In this document: positions 26,251 to 40,416 of the stretch, piece by piece
How the letters are laid out: each line of letters opens with the position of its first letter
Position numbering within the stretch: position 1 is the stretch's first letter
NCBI RefSeq assembly: GCF_009914755.1
Contig: NC_060926.1
Length of the DNA: 64,000 nucleotides
Source: the human T2T-CHM13v2.0 reference genome, Homo sapiens
Direction: 5' to 3' (one strand)
The notes under the pieces: model-generated
Seen by the model: the letters and a program-made list of their open reading frames with translations, nothing else
Database searches by the model: none
Told to the model about the DNA's origin: nothing
Program-made: the position numbers and the translations under genes

Positions 26251-27402
26251 GGTATTTTATTTCACTACAATATTTTATTTGTATATATTTACATGTGCAC
26301 ATATATGTGTGTGTGTTGATGTATTTTAGAGTAGAAGACAAACTTTAAGTCACTAGATGGATGACAGTTTGAGCTTACATTCCCAAACTGTAGCATGTGT
26401 TAGAATTATCCCCAGGGCTTGCTTTCTAGATATTTCTAAACCCCATCATATAAAGCTTATTGTAACTACAGACATCTAAATAATTATTTATGTTAGCTCT
26501 ATAAGAGATGCATATCTGAGAGTATATTCTTATAGAAGCAAAGATTTCATTTTCAGTAGAAGCTTATGCTCATTAACAAATGGCCATAAAATGTTTTTTT
26601 AAAAGATGATAATTTTAAAAATAATATCAGCAAGCTTTTACCATTAAAATCTCCAAGGGGTTTAGTCCTTTTGATATTTTTCTGTACATGTTTTTGTCTA
26701 AATCCACCTTTGTCTATACTTTTTTAGAAATTTTTCTAAAATAAGTCATATTTATTTATTGTATTTTAAAGCTCAAAATGTATTTAAACATTTTATTAAT
26801 TTAGGTTCTTTTAAGTAATATCTTATTATTTGATATGTTCAGTTAATTACTAGTTGGTAACTTTAGATATAAAGTTTTTAAATGGCAAAAGTCTATTTTA
26901 TAAATTATGAAGCCTGAGGTTGTCAAACCCTAATTTGATCAATGCACAATTTATACATGTATCAAAATATTATATTGTATGTCATACATATGTGCAATTT
27001 TTATATATTGATTAAAAATAAAAATTTAAAAATTATTCAAATAAGTTGTCATTTAAATAAAGGTTTTTTTGATTAGTTTGAATTTAGTAAAAATGCTTTA
27101 AATAAAATCACCTGAATATTTTTTATGCACAGTACCTATTTCATTTCCCTGAGTTTAAAATTAAATCAGCCATAGGTGCCAGACATTGAGGCTCTACTTG
27201 TCTTTTTCCAAAACCATCCATCATGGTCATTAGCATTTTGATCTTCAAATCTAAAGACTGGTAGAAATTGATCAGTACTGAAGGGATTTACCTGTCGATG
27301 AGCCAGGTGAGATGGTAGCAGATCCTAGATTTCAGTGAAGAAAGGGCAGAAATTATCAAAGAATGGAATGATGTATTCAAATATCATATAAAAATACTAT
27401 CA

Positions 27403-27851
<449 letters not shown>

Positions 27852-27899
27852 TTACAGAGATTAGAAATTGAGCTGATGTAAACAATGGTGGAAGGGTAA

Positions 27900-28147
27900 A
27901 TCCTTTCATTGGTCCTCTGTACTGCAGAAACCTAATAAGGGAGGGGCTTTAAGGATCCTATAATACATTGGCCTCCAAAAAGCAAGGCTTATTATTTATA
28001 GAGGCATTTGGAATTTGCTAGACTGTGGAAATCTCAGAGAATAACATCTGTTATCCAGAAAGCCCAGAGGACACCCAACTCCTGAGCCAAATGCATGAAT
28101 TTTCCTGCAAGCACTGTTCAGACCAGTTATAGAATATTCAGGTGAGT
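27900..28147 (+). promoter_or_regulatory. Candidate promoter plus non-coding first exon
   Basis: ATTGG (inverted CCAAT) at 27908 and 27967, GGGAGGGG box, TATA-like TATAAT (27959) and TATTTATA (27993). About 140 nt later comes a consensus donor CAG|GTGAGT at 28141/28142. Confidence 0.45.
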
Positions 28148-28803
28148 ATTTCCTTTAATTTTTTTCTTTGGGTATAAAAATTGTGAACTTCTGGACGGAA
28201 AGTCCTGGATATTTTACAGTTTTATCTGTAACATGACATCTAGAATTTAATTGGAAACATTTATTGTAGAATATGAAAAGTTCTATGTTGTCCGTAACTT
28301 CAGGTTGCATGCAGCCTTGGTCGTCTGCAAAGTTTCCAAAATGCTCAAAGGCACTTTTTTATTTTCCTAATATTCCACTGAAGTTTTTATTTATGTAATG
28401 GTATTTTTAATTTACAAAATCTGTTTTGTTGTTTGAATGTTCTTTTCAAAGCCTCTTTTTATTTTTTGATATTTTTACTCTATAAAATAGAAAACATGTG
28501 ACTTTGTGAAGGTTATACATTTTTATTTATTAATTTATTTTTATTTTTTACTTTTTATGTCACAAAAATTAAAAAATAATAATAAAAATTAAAAATTAAG
28601 AATTCATACAGCTTCACAAAGTCACAGGAGTCCATACATTATACTTAAGATCAAAACTTACCCTCAAATGGTTCAAGGATAAAAGGATGTCTTAAACTTC
28701 TAAGTATTTTACAAGTGATGATGATAAAAAATAAAAAGTAAACAAATAAAAGATGTATTCTAACACAGAAAAGAGGGCAATCACATACAATTGACAAGGT
28801 TAA

Positions 28804-29256
28804 TTTTTTTGAGACAGGGTCTCACTCTGTTGCCTAGTCTGAAGTGCACTGATACAATCAAGGCTCACTGAAGTCTTGCCCTCCTGTGCCCAAGCCATCC
28901 TCTCACCTCAGCCTCCAGAGTGGCTGGGACTACAGGCACTACAAGTGTGGGTCTGGCTAAATTTTTGTTTTTCTAGAGATGGGGTCTGTCTATGTTGCCC
29001 AGGCTGGTCTCAAACTCCTGAGCTCAAGCAATCTTCCTGCTTCAGCCTCCCAAAGTGTTGAAATTACAGGCGTGAGCCACCGTGCCGGGCCCTGTATAAA
29101 TTCTTAGTTTTTCCCAGCTTCTTTCTTTCTTTTTTTAAGAGACAGGGGTTTCTCACTTGTTGCCCAGGCTTATCTTGAACTCCTGAGTTCAAGTGATCCT
29201 CCCATCTTAGGCTCCTAAAGTGCTGGGATTACAGGCATGAGCCTCCACACCTGGTC
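28804..29256 (-). mobile_element. AluJ followed by a FLAM monomer
   Basis: Antisense Alu dimer 28804-29091 and monomer ~29120-29256. Confidence 0.85.
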
Positions 29257-29354
29257 GCAGTTTCATCATGGAAGTAATAGAACAGCAAGCATAAAATGAC
29301 CTCATAGAGATTCAAGGAGAAAAATAAGATATTAATAATAAGTGTAAAACATTC

Positions 29355-29800
29355 GCGTATTACTTTGCTGGGGCTGCTGTAATAAACTATCACAGATGAA
29401 ACAATAATTTGCTCTCTCACATACTGAAAACCTAAAATTTAAAATCAACATGTTGACAGAGTTGGTTCCCATTGGGGATTCTGAGTAGAAATCCAGCCCC
29501 TCCCTGTCTGCTGGTTTCTGGTGGCTGATGGGAACATTTAGCTTTCATTGGCTTGTGGCAGCATAGCTCCAGTGAGCTCTGTCTCCGCCTCTGTCTCCAC
29601 ATGGCTGTCGATGTGTCTCAGATCTTCCTTTGATTTCTTCTATAATGATACGAGTCATTGGACTTAGGTCCCACCCTAAACCCAGACTAATCTCATTAGG
29701 AGATTACCAAGGTAATTACATCTGCAAAGATCCTAGTTTCAAAAGGTCATATTCACAGGTTTCAGGGGTTAGGACTTAGACACATATTTTGGGGGGCCAC
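29355..29800 (-). mobile_element. MLT1 (MaLR) LTR
   Basis: TATTACTTTGCTGGGGCTGCTGTAATAAA...AATTACATCTGCAAAGATCCTA...AGGTCATATTCACAGGTTTCAGGGGTTAGGACTT. Confidence 0.78.
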
Positions 29801-31868
29801 GCTCTTTAACTGGCAATTTGAAAAAATGTCTGGCTCATAAAAGAGCCACATAACAACAAAAACACAACTGTATTTTTATTTTCGCTGCTTTATACGCATC
29901 ATCCTAACATTTACAATTGGGAAGACGGTACTTCTTTTCCTAAATTCAGATTCTGAGTATTCCACATCTCTTTTCCCACATCAAGTCTGTGTGACTTCCC
30001 CTTTTTCTGAGTTAGAATACATCTTATATTTATTTATGTATTTATTTTTTGTAATCATCACTTACAATATATTTGGAAGTTTGACATCTTTTTATCCCTG
30101 AACCATTTCAGAGTATGTTTTGATCTTAAACACAAAGTATGGAATCAAATATTTTTTAATTTTTTTATTTTCCTTTGTGAATGTTACTTTTTTCTTAATT
30201 ACTCTCCTGTTATATTATTAAGTTTTTTTTTTTTTTAAGGACACTAATGAACTGACTTTTTTTCAGATTTTTGAGGTTAAAAATTCAATAACTTTCAAGT
30301 TTACCCTCTTCTAAGTTTTTCACAGTTTATTTTAATGCTTTATTATAAATTTTAATTTTTTATTTACATTTTCATTTATTATGAACAATTTTCCAAAAGT
30401 CTTTTTCACATAATAAATTTGATATATGAGCTATTCTTTATTTTATCTTCTACCTCAAATATGGACTTGAATTATTATCCAGTATTTTAAAACATTTTAA
30501 TCTCTATATTAAGGAATTTGTGTTTTGAGGCATGTGATATTATAACATTCTTCACACTTCTAGTGAATTTTTAACGTCATTCAAAGGCTACATCCTTCTG
30601 TACTCTACTGAGAATTAAAAATAGTTCTCAAAAATATTCTCACATATTCTGAAACTCATTCTCAGAATTTCAACCTCCACTGACATCTTAACTCTGTTCT
30701 CTTTCCCTTCTAATGCATATTTTCCCCCGAAGGCCCCATGTTACACTCCTTATGCACCCTCTATTTAAGATCTGGTTTAATTTAATGTTGTATGTGTTTG
30801 TACACAATTTTACTGAAGTTAGGCTTTGTCTTAGAATAGAAGATTATCCTAAAAAGACAAGTGAAAGAGTTATGAGAATTTGGAGAATTAGTTGGGAAAT
30901 CATGTCCCAGAGGAATTACTTTAGGCAAAACAAAATTGGTAAAAATAAATAAATAAATAAAATAAGCAGTAGTTATCGGATCTGCCATGTTTTCAAGTTC
31001 TATAATGGAAAATGCCAGGTATTTTGGAGGCACTTTCCGGAGGAAGCCAAACTTTCACTGAGGCTTAAAGATGACGAACAGTTAACCAACTGAAATTGAA
31101 ATGTTTTATAATTGTCATTAAATCCTTGATATTTAAAAGGAGAAGCGGTATGGTTCGCTAGAAAGCATTCATTCCCATGCATGGGTCCTGGAGAATCTTT
31201 AATTCAGTCTTTTATCACAGGTTCACATTCCCTCATAAAAAGGTAACAGTTGGATGCATGTCTGGAGGAGCTCTTGGGCTTGTCCTGTTGCATCTTTAAC
31301 TTCTCATCTGCACCTTTAGCTATGGCTATTTGGGCTGTGCTTAGAAAATGGCGATACTCAGGGCACTGTAGAATGAACAGTCTTTCCGGTTTAGGCATTT
31401 CTCCTTCCACTTTAGCTCTTGACTCTGTCTTCAGGGCATTTCTGTTCTATTAAGCTTCTTAAGTGATGAGTGGTCTGGTGTTTGCCTTATGCAACTCAAT
31501 TTAAGATCGGTTCATGCGAGATCTGGCAGAAAGAAGGCTGGGGTGGGGTGCGGAGATGTTGAATATTGCGCATGTAGCATATGAAAGGCAAATATGGATT
31601 TTCATTCAGAAATGGGCTATATTTTATTTATATCCTTAAGAGTAAATTAATTATACAAGGGATATATGGCGAATAGGGTGTAATTTTTTTCATTAATCCC
31701 AATGAAGCAGAGTAACTTTCCTTTCTTTCTCCTCAGAAATACAGAATCACACATACTGCAGGACTTCCAGAAAGAAATCATCCACTGACTCTTAAAAGTA
31801 AGGAACTCTGTGTTCTTACTCTGGTGTTTGCATAACTGGGATCTTATAAGTAAGCCAAAGACATCAAA

Positions 31869-33050
31869 ATGGCTTTGCCTAGAAGCCAAGGCCATTGGTC
31901 CAACGCAGACATCTTGAGGTTACTGGAATGCATGGAGAATAATCTCCCATCTGATGACAACGGCACGTTCAGCTCAACTCAGTCACACATGGACTGGGGA
32001 AAAGTAGCTTTTAAAAACTTTTCTGGTGAAATGTGCAGACTCAAATGGTTAGAGATTTCTTGCAGCTTGAGAAAATTCAGCACTTTGAAAAAATTAGTCC
32101 TGGAAGCTAAGAAATGTGTTAAAAATACAAACAAAAGCCAAAAAGGCAGGAACCATCCAGACTTTCCAAAGAGGCCCCTTACTGCTTATATCCGCTTCTT
32201 CAAGGAGAATTGGCCCCAGTACTCCCAAATGTACCCTGGGATGAGAAGCCAGGAACTGACCAAAATCCTGTCAAAGAAATACAAGGAGCTCCCAGAGCAG
32301 ATGAAACAGAAATATATTCAGGATTTCCAGAAGGAAAAGCAAGAATTTGAGGAAAAACTTGTTCGATTCAGGGAAGAGCACCCTGATTTAGACCAGAAGG
32401 GCAAGAAATCTGATATCTCCAAGAGGATTCAAACCAAAGTGCAAAAGAAAGTTCAGAAAAATATTGAAGAAGTGACGTCTCTTCCAAAAACGGATCAATT
32501 TTTCAAGAAGGTAAAATTTCATGGAGAGCCTCAGAAACCCCCCATGAATGGATACCACAAGTTTCACCAAGATTCCTGGTCAAGTAAGGAGCTGCAACAT
32601 TTGTCCCTGAGGGAGCGCATGGTAGAGATTGGCAGACGCTGGCAGCGCATCCCGCAGAGCCAGAAGGATCATTACAAGAGCCAGGCTGAGTTGCTGCAGA
32701 AGGAATACAAAGTGGAATTGGATCTCTGGCTCAAGACTTTGTCACCTGAAGATTATGCTGCGTACAAAGAATCGACCTATGCTAAGGGTAAGAATATGGC
32801 GATGATGGGAGGCCCGGCCCCCAGCTTGAAACAAACAGATCCGCAGTCCTCATCAGCAAAGGGTCTGCAAGAAGGGTTTGGGGAGGGGCAGGGGCTCCAG
32901 GCTGCAGGAACAGAGGCATCACAGACTATTTGGGTAAACTGTCAGGTCTCCATGGAACCAGAAGAGAACAGGAAGAAAGATGGCGAAGAGGAAGAAAGCA
33001 GTAACTCTTTAGACTGCAGCAGTGGGGAAGACATGGAAGTTGATGTCTGA
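31869..33050 (+). CDS. UBF-like (UBTFL family) intronless HMG-box retrogene, intact 393-aa ORF
   Basis: [11 protein letters not shown]... UBF-type N-terminal domain, HMG box [15 protein letters not shown]...QKYIQDF, second HMG box [14 protein letters not shown]...[13 protein letters not shown], acidic end EDMEVDV. Same length as UBTFL1 as recalled; copy number (UBTFL3, UBTFL5 or other) not assigned. Good Kozak context AAAATGG. Confidence 0.92.
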
Positions 33051-33354
33051 GGGCAGTGACTCTAGTGCAGCTTCCTCAGAGGACTTCTAACTGGGACTCC
33101 ACCTGACTCAGACTCTGCCTGACTCAGACTCCAGGGTCAGGCAGAGTTTCTCCGCAAAAGCCCATTCATGCCATCCGTGTCAAGGAAAAGGGACTGTCCT
33201 TCTGCCTCTTTTTACTTCTTTGCTTTTTTTTTTTCTCTTTTCTTCCTTCCCCGCTCTCCTCCTCTACACAAAGTAGGACAGGTTGGAAAGAAGCAACTTG
33301 GTGCAGCACCCTCTTACATCAGGATTACAAACCTGGGAGGGACTCTTTGCGGAG

Positions 33355-33360
33355 AATAAA
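33355..33360 (+). terminator. Candidate poly(A) signal of the UBTFL gene
   Basis: AATAAA about 305 nt after the stop; ATTAAA at 33437-33442. Confidence 0.45.
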
Positions 33361-34614
33361 TATAAGTTTGAGCCAATACCAACCTTATCCTTAAAAAACA
33401 GACAAATATCATGCCTTTCCCAGTGAATTTTGTGCAATTAAAGCTTCTGGAATGAAGCGATGATTAGATGTAGGATACACACTGTACTAGACTGAATATT
33501 TCTGAAGCAAGAAGCTTTGCTTTACTCATTTTTGTTCTGCTAAAGGCAGTAAGAAGACACCCATGAGCCTGGGACCCCGACCTTCCCTGTGGAAATGTTT
33601 TTCAGGACTCCTGCACTTAGTCTAGGCTTGGGGATATTTGATGAAAGGTGGGGTAGGTGTCTTAACAAAATTGTTGTACTCTTGATATCTCACTCCTCCA
33701 CTCCCTGAAGTAGGGAGTTGGTCACTCGCATGCCTGGGAGTAGGCAGCAATATTTCCGTATATATGTCTGACTCTTAGCTTTCATTGAGACTTTTCTTTC
33801 TCATTTCCAAAAAAATGAAAATACAAAATAAAAACTTACCTATTTCATTGGAATGAGCTCCTCCACAGAATCCCTTATGACATCGGGTGCAGCATCTCTA
33901 AGTGCCATCTGCATTTATTCTTGAAGCTCCAAATATTTTCTGCTGATTCAGGTGCAAGTGAATCTCACCTTAAGCACTCAGGATTGATAGAAAGATGCAC
34001 AGAAAGACACATATAGATAAATACACTATTCTGTTTCACTATCTGCTCTATGAATTCATGCACCAATATAACATTGTTTTAATTTTTTTTGGTTTACTAA
34101 TATGTTTGAAAATCAACCTGAGGTTAGTGCCTTCTCAGTATACCTTCATTCTCTTAAACATTTCTGGCTATTTTCATATTTTGTTCTCATGAATATAAGC
34201 ATCACAGAAGTAGATGTATACTTTTTGTATGAAAACCACTGACTATCATGTGTTTATTTTGTCCCTAGATATCTTAATAAATTTTTATTTAAAAGTTTTT
34301 TCTAGGTAAATAAGTTTCAGAAAATAATGAAAATATTTACCATTTTATACCTCTAAATGTATCAGATTAAAGTATCCAGGAGAATGTTAAGCAATAATAA
34401 AGTAATATGTTCTTGGCTTGCTTCTGACTTTCAATCTAATGCTTACAGAATTTAAAATCATGAAAATTATGCTGATGTGTACATTTGAAATAAATTATAA
34501 AAAAAGAAAATTGCTATTTACTGTTATTATTATTTGGTTAACTTTATAATGTATATCGATTTTTAAAAATTTATTTTGTTAAATTTATCATATATTTATG
34601 TAATTTTTCCTTAG

Positions 34615-35280
34615 TGTATTAGTCATCATCCTTCAGAGAAACAGTAGCACCAACATAGAGAGAGAAACAGAGTGACAGAGGGAGAGATAGAATAATACAG
34701 AGAGGAGACAGAGAGGGACAGATACGGTGTCTTGTCGCCCAGGCTGCAGTGCAGTGGTGCGATCTGGGCTCACTGCAACATCCGCCTCCTAGATTCAAAA
34801 GATGCTCCTGCCTCATCCTCCTAAGTAGCTGGAATTACGGACACCCGCCACCACGCCTGACTAATTTTTGTATTTTTAGTAAAGACAGGGCTTCGCCATG
34901 TTGGCCAGGCTGGTCTCGAACTCCTGACCTCAAGTGATCCGCCCACCCAGAAAGACCAATTTTATGATGAAGAATTGGCTCACAAAATTGTGGAGGCAAA
35001 AAATACCATGATCTGCAATCTGCAAGCTGGTCAGTTAGGAAAGCCAGAGGTGTCATTCAATCTGAGTCTGAAGGCCTGGGGACCAGGGAAGCCAATGGTG
35101 TAAACCCCAGGTCAAGGGTAAGAGAAGAGAAGATGAGATGTACTAGCTTAAGAAGTGAGGCAGGAACAAAAGGGTCAAACTCCTCTATCATCTGCCCTTT
35201 GTTCTATTCAGGAGCTACTGGGGAGGGAAACCTACTTTACAGAGACCAATTCAAGCTGACACATAAAATTTACTATCACA
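34615..35280 (-). mobile_element. MLT2 (ERVL) LTR interrupted by an Alu fragment (~34720-34948)
   Basis: TGTATTAGTC...GAATTGGCTCAC...ATCTGCAAGCTGG...TCTGAGTCTGAAGGCCTG...CAAGCTGACACATAAAATTTACTATCACA. Confidence 0.78.
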
Positions 35281-35770
35281 CTTTCATTTTCTTACAGATT
35301 CTGGGGATTTAGGCATTTTCACCATTTTTTCATGAATTCTAGATGGCTGATGGGTTGAATTTATTTAGAAAATGTATTTGCATATTATGCCCCTTGTTTC
35401 GCTTCTTAACATCAAGTTTGCAAAATTAACTTTAAAGATCTGATTCTTTTTACTTCCAATTTAGAAGATACCATAATTCACATTTGCCACTAAGTGGTAG
35501 TAAGGCCTATAGCTCAGGCTAGATGGTGAGATGTACAAATGCAGTTGGGGCTTTGCTTGTGATTTTAAATACAGCGTTTTAAAATTCATTCAGCATCTAC
35601 TCTTTTTTAAGTCTTGCCCTCCTTATGTGTGACACACAGATGAAAGGTACAATTCTTGACTTCGTGACACTCAGAGTTAAAGATGGTATTATTTGGTTTA
35701 AAAAGCAGAAGTACTGACAAATAGAAACTGAACTTCTGAGTTTGCTATTATAATAAAATATCATTGGTTA

Positions 35771-36160
<390 letters not shown>

Positions 36161-38041
36161 CAGTGAGATTACATATAGGTAAAGGTTACACTTAATGCTT
36201 ATAAAGTACCTATCTCACAGTAGATTTACAGAAAATGTTAGGTTGATTTTCACATTTTTTTTCCTTTATTCCTTTCATCATCCATATTTCTCCTTTATTT
36301 AATTCCAACAAAACCTTTAAGTAATGCATATTACATAACAAGATATATTACATTCAATAAATAAAAATTCAATGAACGATATTTGTCTGCAATGCATAAA
36401 GACCTGCACCCTTGCTAGAATTTGATCCCAACTTTGACCTAAGTACCAGAAATTTTAAAAAATAGTGTTGATTCTATGGGTGTGTGTATATGTATGTGTG
36501 TGTATATATATGTATGTGTATATGTATAGGTATACACACTATATATATATTTGTACATAATAATGGGAGATCCTTGAATGCAATGCAATTGATAGAAAGT
36601 ACAATACAATTTTTTAAATGTAAAAATGTTTCTGCAAGGCAATTAAATCAAAATTTATCCTTGATAAAACAAGTATTAATTCAAAAAAGAAGTATTGGAA
36701 GTGGAAGTGACGTCCAGACAGAGGAAACAGCATACCGAAACACTCGAAGAGAAGAAGGCCGTGATGCCTGTGGAGAAGCTACTTCTACAATTCTTTTGTT
36801 CTGGTCTTCTGTTACACACAGCTCATGGAACCTGCTAAACACATTGAGATCCAGTTTAGAGGCATTCCTTGTTTGCACATTTTAAAAATTTGCACCTTAA
36901 AATTCTGAAAAGTTAGAGAGGTGCAGTATACTTACAGACCATTTCCAAACCTCTAAAGAAAAACAGTAAAATCTAGAATAACAAAATCAAAATTCATGAA
37001 CAATATCTACAACAACACTGAGTGACAATGTACCCTACAAAAATCCCAAATATGAATAGTCACAGACAAATCAGGTGCAACAGCAATATCCATGAGGAAT
37101 CAGAATCCTTTCAGGATGAAGCAGAGAGGGTGAACAGAACACATGTAGATTTGAGAACGCCCCAAGTCAGCAACGAGGATTCATTAGAAAGTGTGCAAGG
37201 TAATTAAAAAAGAGCTGCTGAAACTGAGTAGGGTGGGAGTTTGCACACATCAATAAGCAAGAGTGCAGGATAAGATAAAAAGCGGCTGGGACCATATGGC
37301 TTCTACAGCTCTTAAAATAACCAGCCCAAATTCTCTTCCAGGATCAAATTCCATACTGAGAAGAATATACTGGGAGTAAACTACATATTAAACAAGGCTG
37401 ACACAATAGGATCAAAAAAAGCGAAGGCCCCCATAAAGTAAGTGGAGACAGAAGCAGAACCAGGACAGAGCAAAAAGTCGACGCTCTTATTATTGAATAC
37501 CTTATGGAATCAACAGGAGAGCTCTAGAGTCAGGATGCTAGGAAAGCTATCTTGACCGATCTTTACCTTATAAAAGTTCAAGTTTCGTTCCATACAAATA
37601 GCATCAATAGGACATGCTGTTGTTGTTATTGTTCTTTGTTTCTTATTTAAGGAGAGGGCAGAGGGAAGAAAATGCCTTTCCAAAAATAGTATGCCTTGAT
37701 ATGACTGTTCATGAAGTAACAACTAGCGTTCTTAAAAGAACCTTAGTGCCAGGGATACAGTGAGCTTATACTCTTTGGCTGCAACCTTGACAGAAGTGTC
37801 TCTGGGCAGTCCTCTTGGTTTCCAGCCCAGCAGAAATCTCCGCCCCACCTCACTGGATCCAGCTCCATCACTGTGCCTGGCCACCTCCAGCTATTCCTGA
37901 AGGTCAATTTCTGCAGTATGTCCTGATCCTCTCCTCCTCCAAGCACTGCTCCTGGTCCCTGCAGTATCCCTCCAGGACCCTACCTAGCAGCCTTTTTGCC
38001 CATCCTTGCTCCAAAACACCTCATCCAGGAATGTATTATAA

Positions 38042-38325
38042 GCCTGGTGTGGTGGCTCACACTTGTAATCCCAGCACTTTTGGTGCCCCAGGCAGACAGA
38101 TCACTTGAGGTAAGAAGTTCGAGATCAGCCTAGCCAACAAGGTGAAACCCCCTCTCTACTAAAAATACAAAGATTAGCAGAGTGTGGTGACGCATGCCTG
38201 TACTCCCAGCTACTTAGGAGGCGGAGGCATGCGAATAGCTTGAACCTGGGGGGCAAAATTTGAAGTGAGTGAGATAGCAGCACTGCACTCCAGCCTGAGC
38301 AACAGTGACGACGAGTCAGAAAGAA
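38042..38325 (+). mobile_element. Alu element
   Basis: Diverged dimer. Confidence 0.88.
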
Positions 38326-40416
38326 ATACCATAGGTAGAGCTAGAGGTACATATCTATCTACATATCTATGTATCTATGTCTTTAGCTATATATAATATA
38401 TATATGTATATTATACATATACATGAATATATGTGTTATATATTGTTTAATATGTAGTTTACTTCCAGTATCATATATAATACATTACATATATATATTG
38501 CATATACGAGAGAGAGATCTGAAATGTATAGAATCCCTAATAACAAGCAGCTACCACCCCCATCTTTCACAATGGCTAATTACCTGACTGTGTGGTTTAC
38601 TCTCAGATATGGTACTGTGGACCATGAGGTGTCTCCAGCAAACTATCAGCAAATTCAAGTGCAAGTTTTTGGCTTTAGAAAATGTTTCAATTAAGTCAGC
38701 TACACTTGGGAAAGGAGGTTAGAAAAAGGCACCCAAAGGGTTGATCTTGACCATTCCTTATTAGTAGTGGGAAAATTCTGGAGATGAACGGATGTTTGGG
38801 GTGGCTGTCTTGCTCTGACAGGAGTAGGGATGGGGGATGGATTTCTCCTCTATTCCTCTTGTGTTAATAATGGCGGGAGATTTTGGTTACTGGGAATAGT
38901 ATCTACATGAGCTGGATAAAGTGTGAGCACTAAAGGTCTTGGGAGGGTAAAGAGAGGGGCTGCAGGGAGTGCAGGGAGGAGGAACTAAGGCTTTTTCAGA
39001 GAGTGTGCAGAGAGAAAGCAGTCAGCTTCTCTGTCCATCATCCACAGCTCCAGGATGAAAGAAAACTCTGCTTCCTCCCTGCACATTCTTTGTATGTGTA
39101 AGTGAAAGTGGGTGGGTTAAATTAGTGATCTGAAATGATTATTTTCCAGAAAGACAATTGAACCGCTACCAAAATATGTAAAGGCAGCTGGGGCTTTGCG
39201 AGGCCACCCAACCCAACCTCCATATGGGGGAATGAAAGGGGAACCAGCTGTCCCCAGTTCTGGAGCTTTCAGGTTAATCAGGAAAGTGCCAAGGAGGCAG
39301 TGGAGGGGTGGGGTTAAATAAAACACCTTCTGTAATCCATGTATTAATGGGCCAGGCTAGGAAAGAAAAACTGGTAAACATGAGTTGATAGAAGAAAAAT
39401 ATGAGAGAAGGTTTTATTTTATTTTTAAAAATAATTTTCAGAAACCAAGTTTGTATGAGTTTTACAGAAGAAAGGACTAGAAATAATGGGAATCAAAATA
39501 TGTGGGTTTAGCAAAGGAAGTTCGTGGTCAGATAAAGAATGTAGTTCAAAGGATATTGGTGGTGAGATGAAGAACATGGTTTGTGTAAACTGTTGGGTAT
39601 GAAAGATTTCATTGAGTTGAAGAAAGATGGAAAGTTTCACAAATGAGTACAGCGAACATACTCATGTGGTCAGGAATATGCTTTGTTATGGACAAAGGAG
39701 ATAGCACAAAAATCAAGTGAAGATATTGGGTCAATGTAGCTATTTAGTTTTATTTCGAAACAGTGGGAGTAAATAAAGTAGGTTTTAAAATTGAGAGAAA
39801 ATAACAAAGAGAAGGCGAGAACAAGAAAGTGAGAGAGGAAATTAATATTGGAAGGCGATTGTCTGTTGAATAATGTCTCTGAGAATAGCATGGAAGTCAG
39901 CTTCTACGTGTAGGGCAAAGCCTTAGAAAAGAAGAAGCAAGTTGCACTAATGGGGTCAGGCTCTGGTTAGCAGGTAGTTTTTGAATTGCTAAAAGAAAAA
40001 ATTTTGGAAACATCTTATGTCATTCTATGAAGTAATATTCGCTACTGTTTTTGAGAATAAAGAATCAGCGTACAGGTAAAATATTTGAGAATAAAGAAAC
40101 TAAACGGATTTAGTAATGAGGTTTTTGTGTATTATAAGATAATTAATTATCAAATCATAAGCTACCATTTTTAAATCAAGTGTAGATACTTGAGGGCAAA
40201 GAGTTGAAGGCCAGATTTTGACTTCTGGTGCAAATACATATATACATACATACACAGAAAAGAAGGAAAGAAAAGGAAGAAACGAAAGAGAAACCAGTCT
40301 CTAATTTTTGGTTCATTCATTGCAACAAATTGCTAAATATCTTAAGATAAAACAAGAAATAAAAAGGCATGAATAAAAGTAGACTATGTGTTCCAATGAT
40401 TTCATTATTACTTCAG

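Noticed and set aside
31000-31410. Minus-strand ORFs with a faint HMG-like stretch (KPKSSSRHASNCYLFMREC)
   Set aside because: Similarity is too weak and the rest of the box is absent; it would need a profile-HMM hit.
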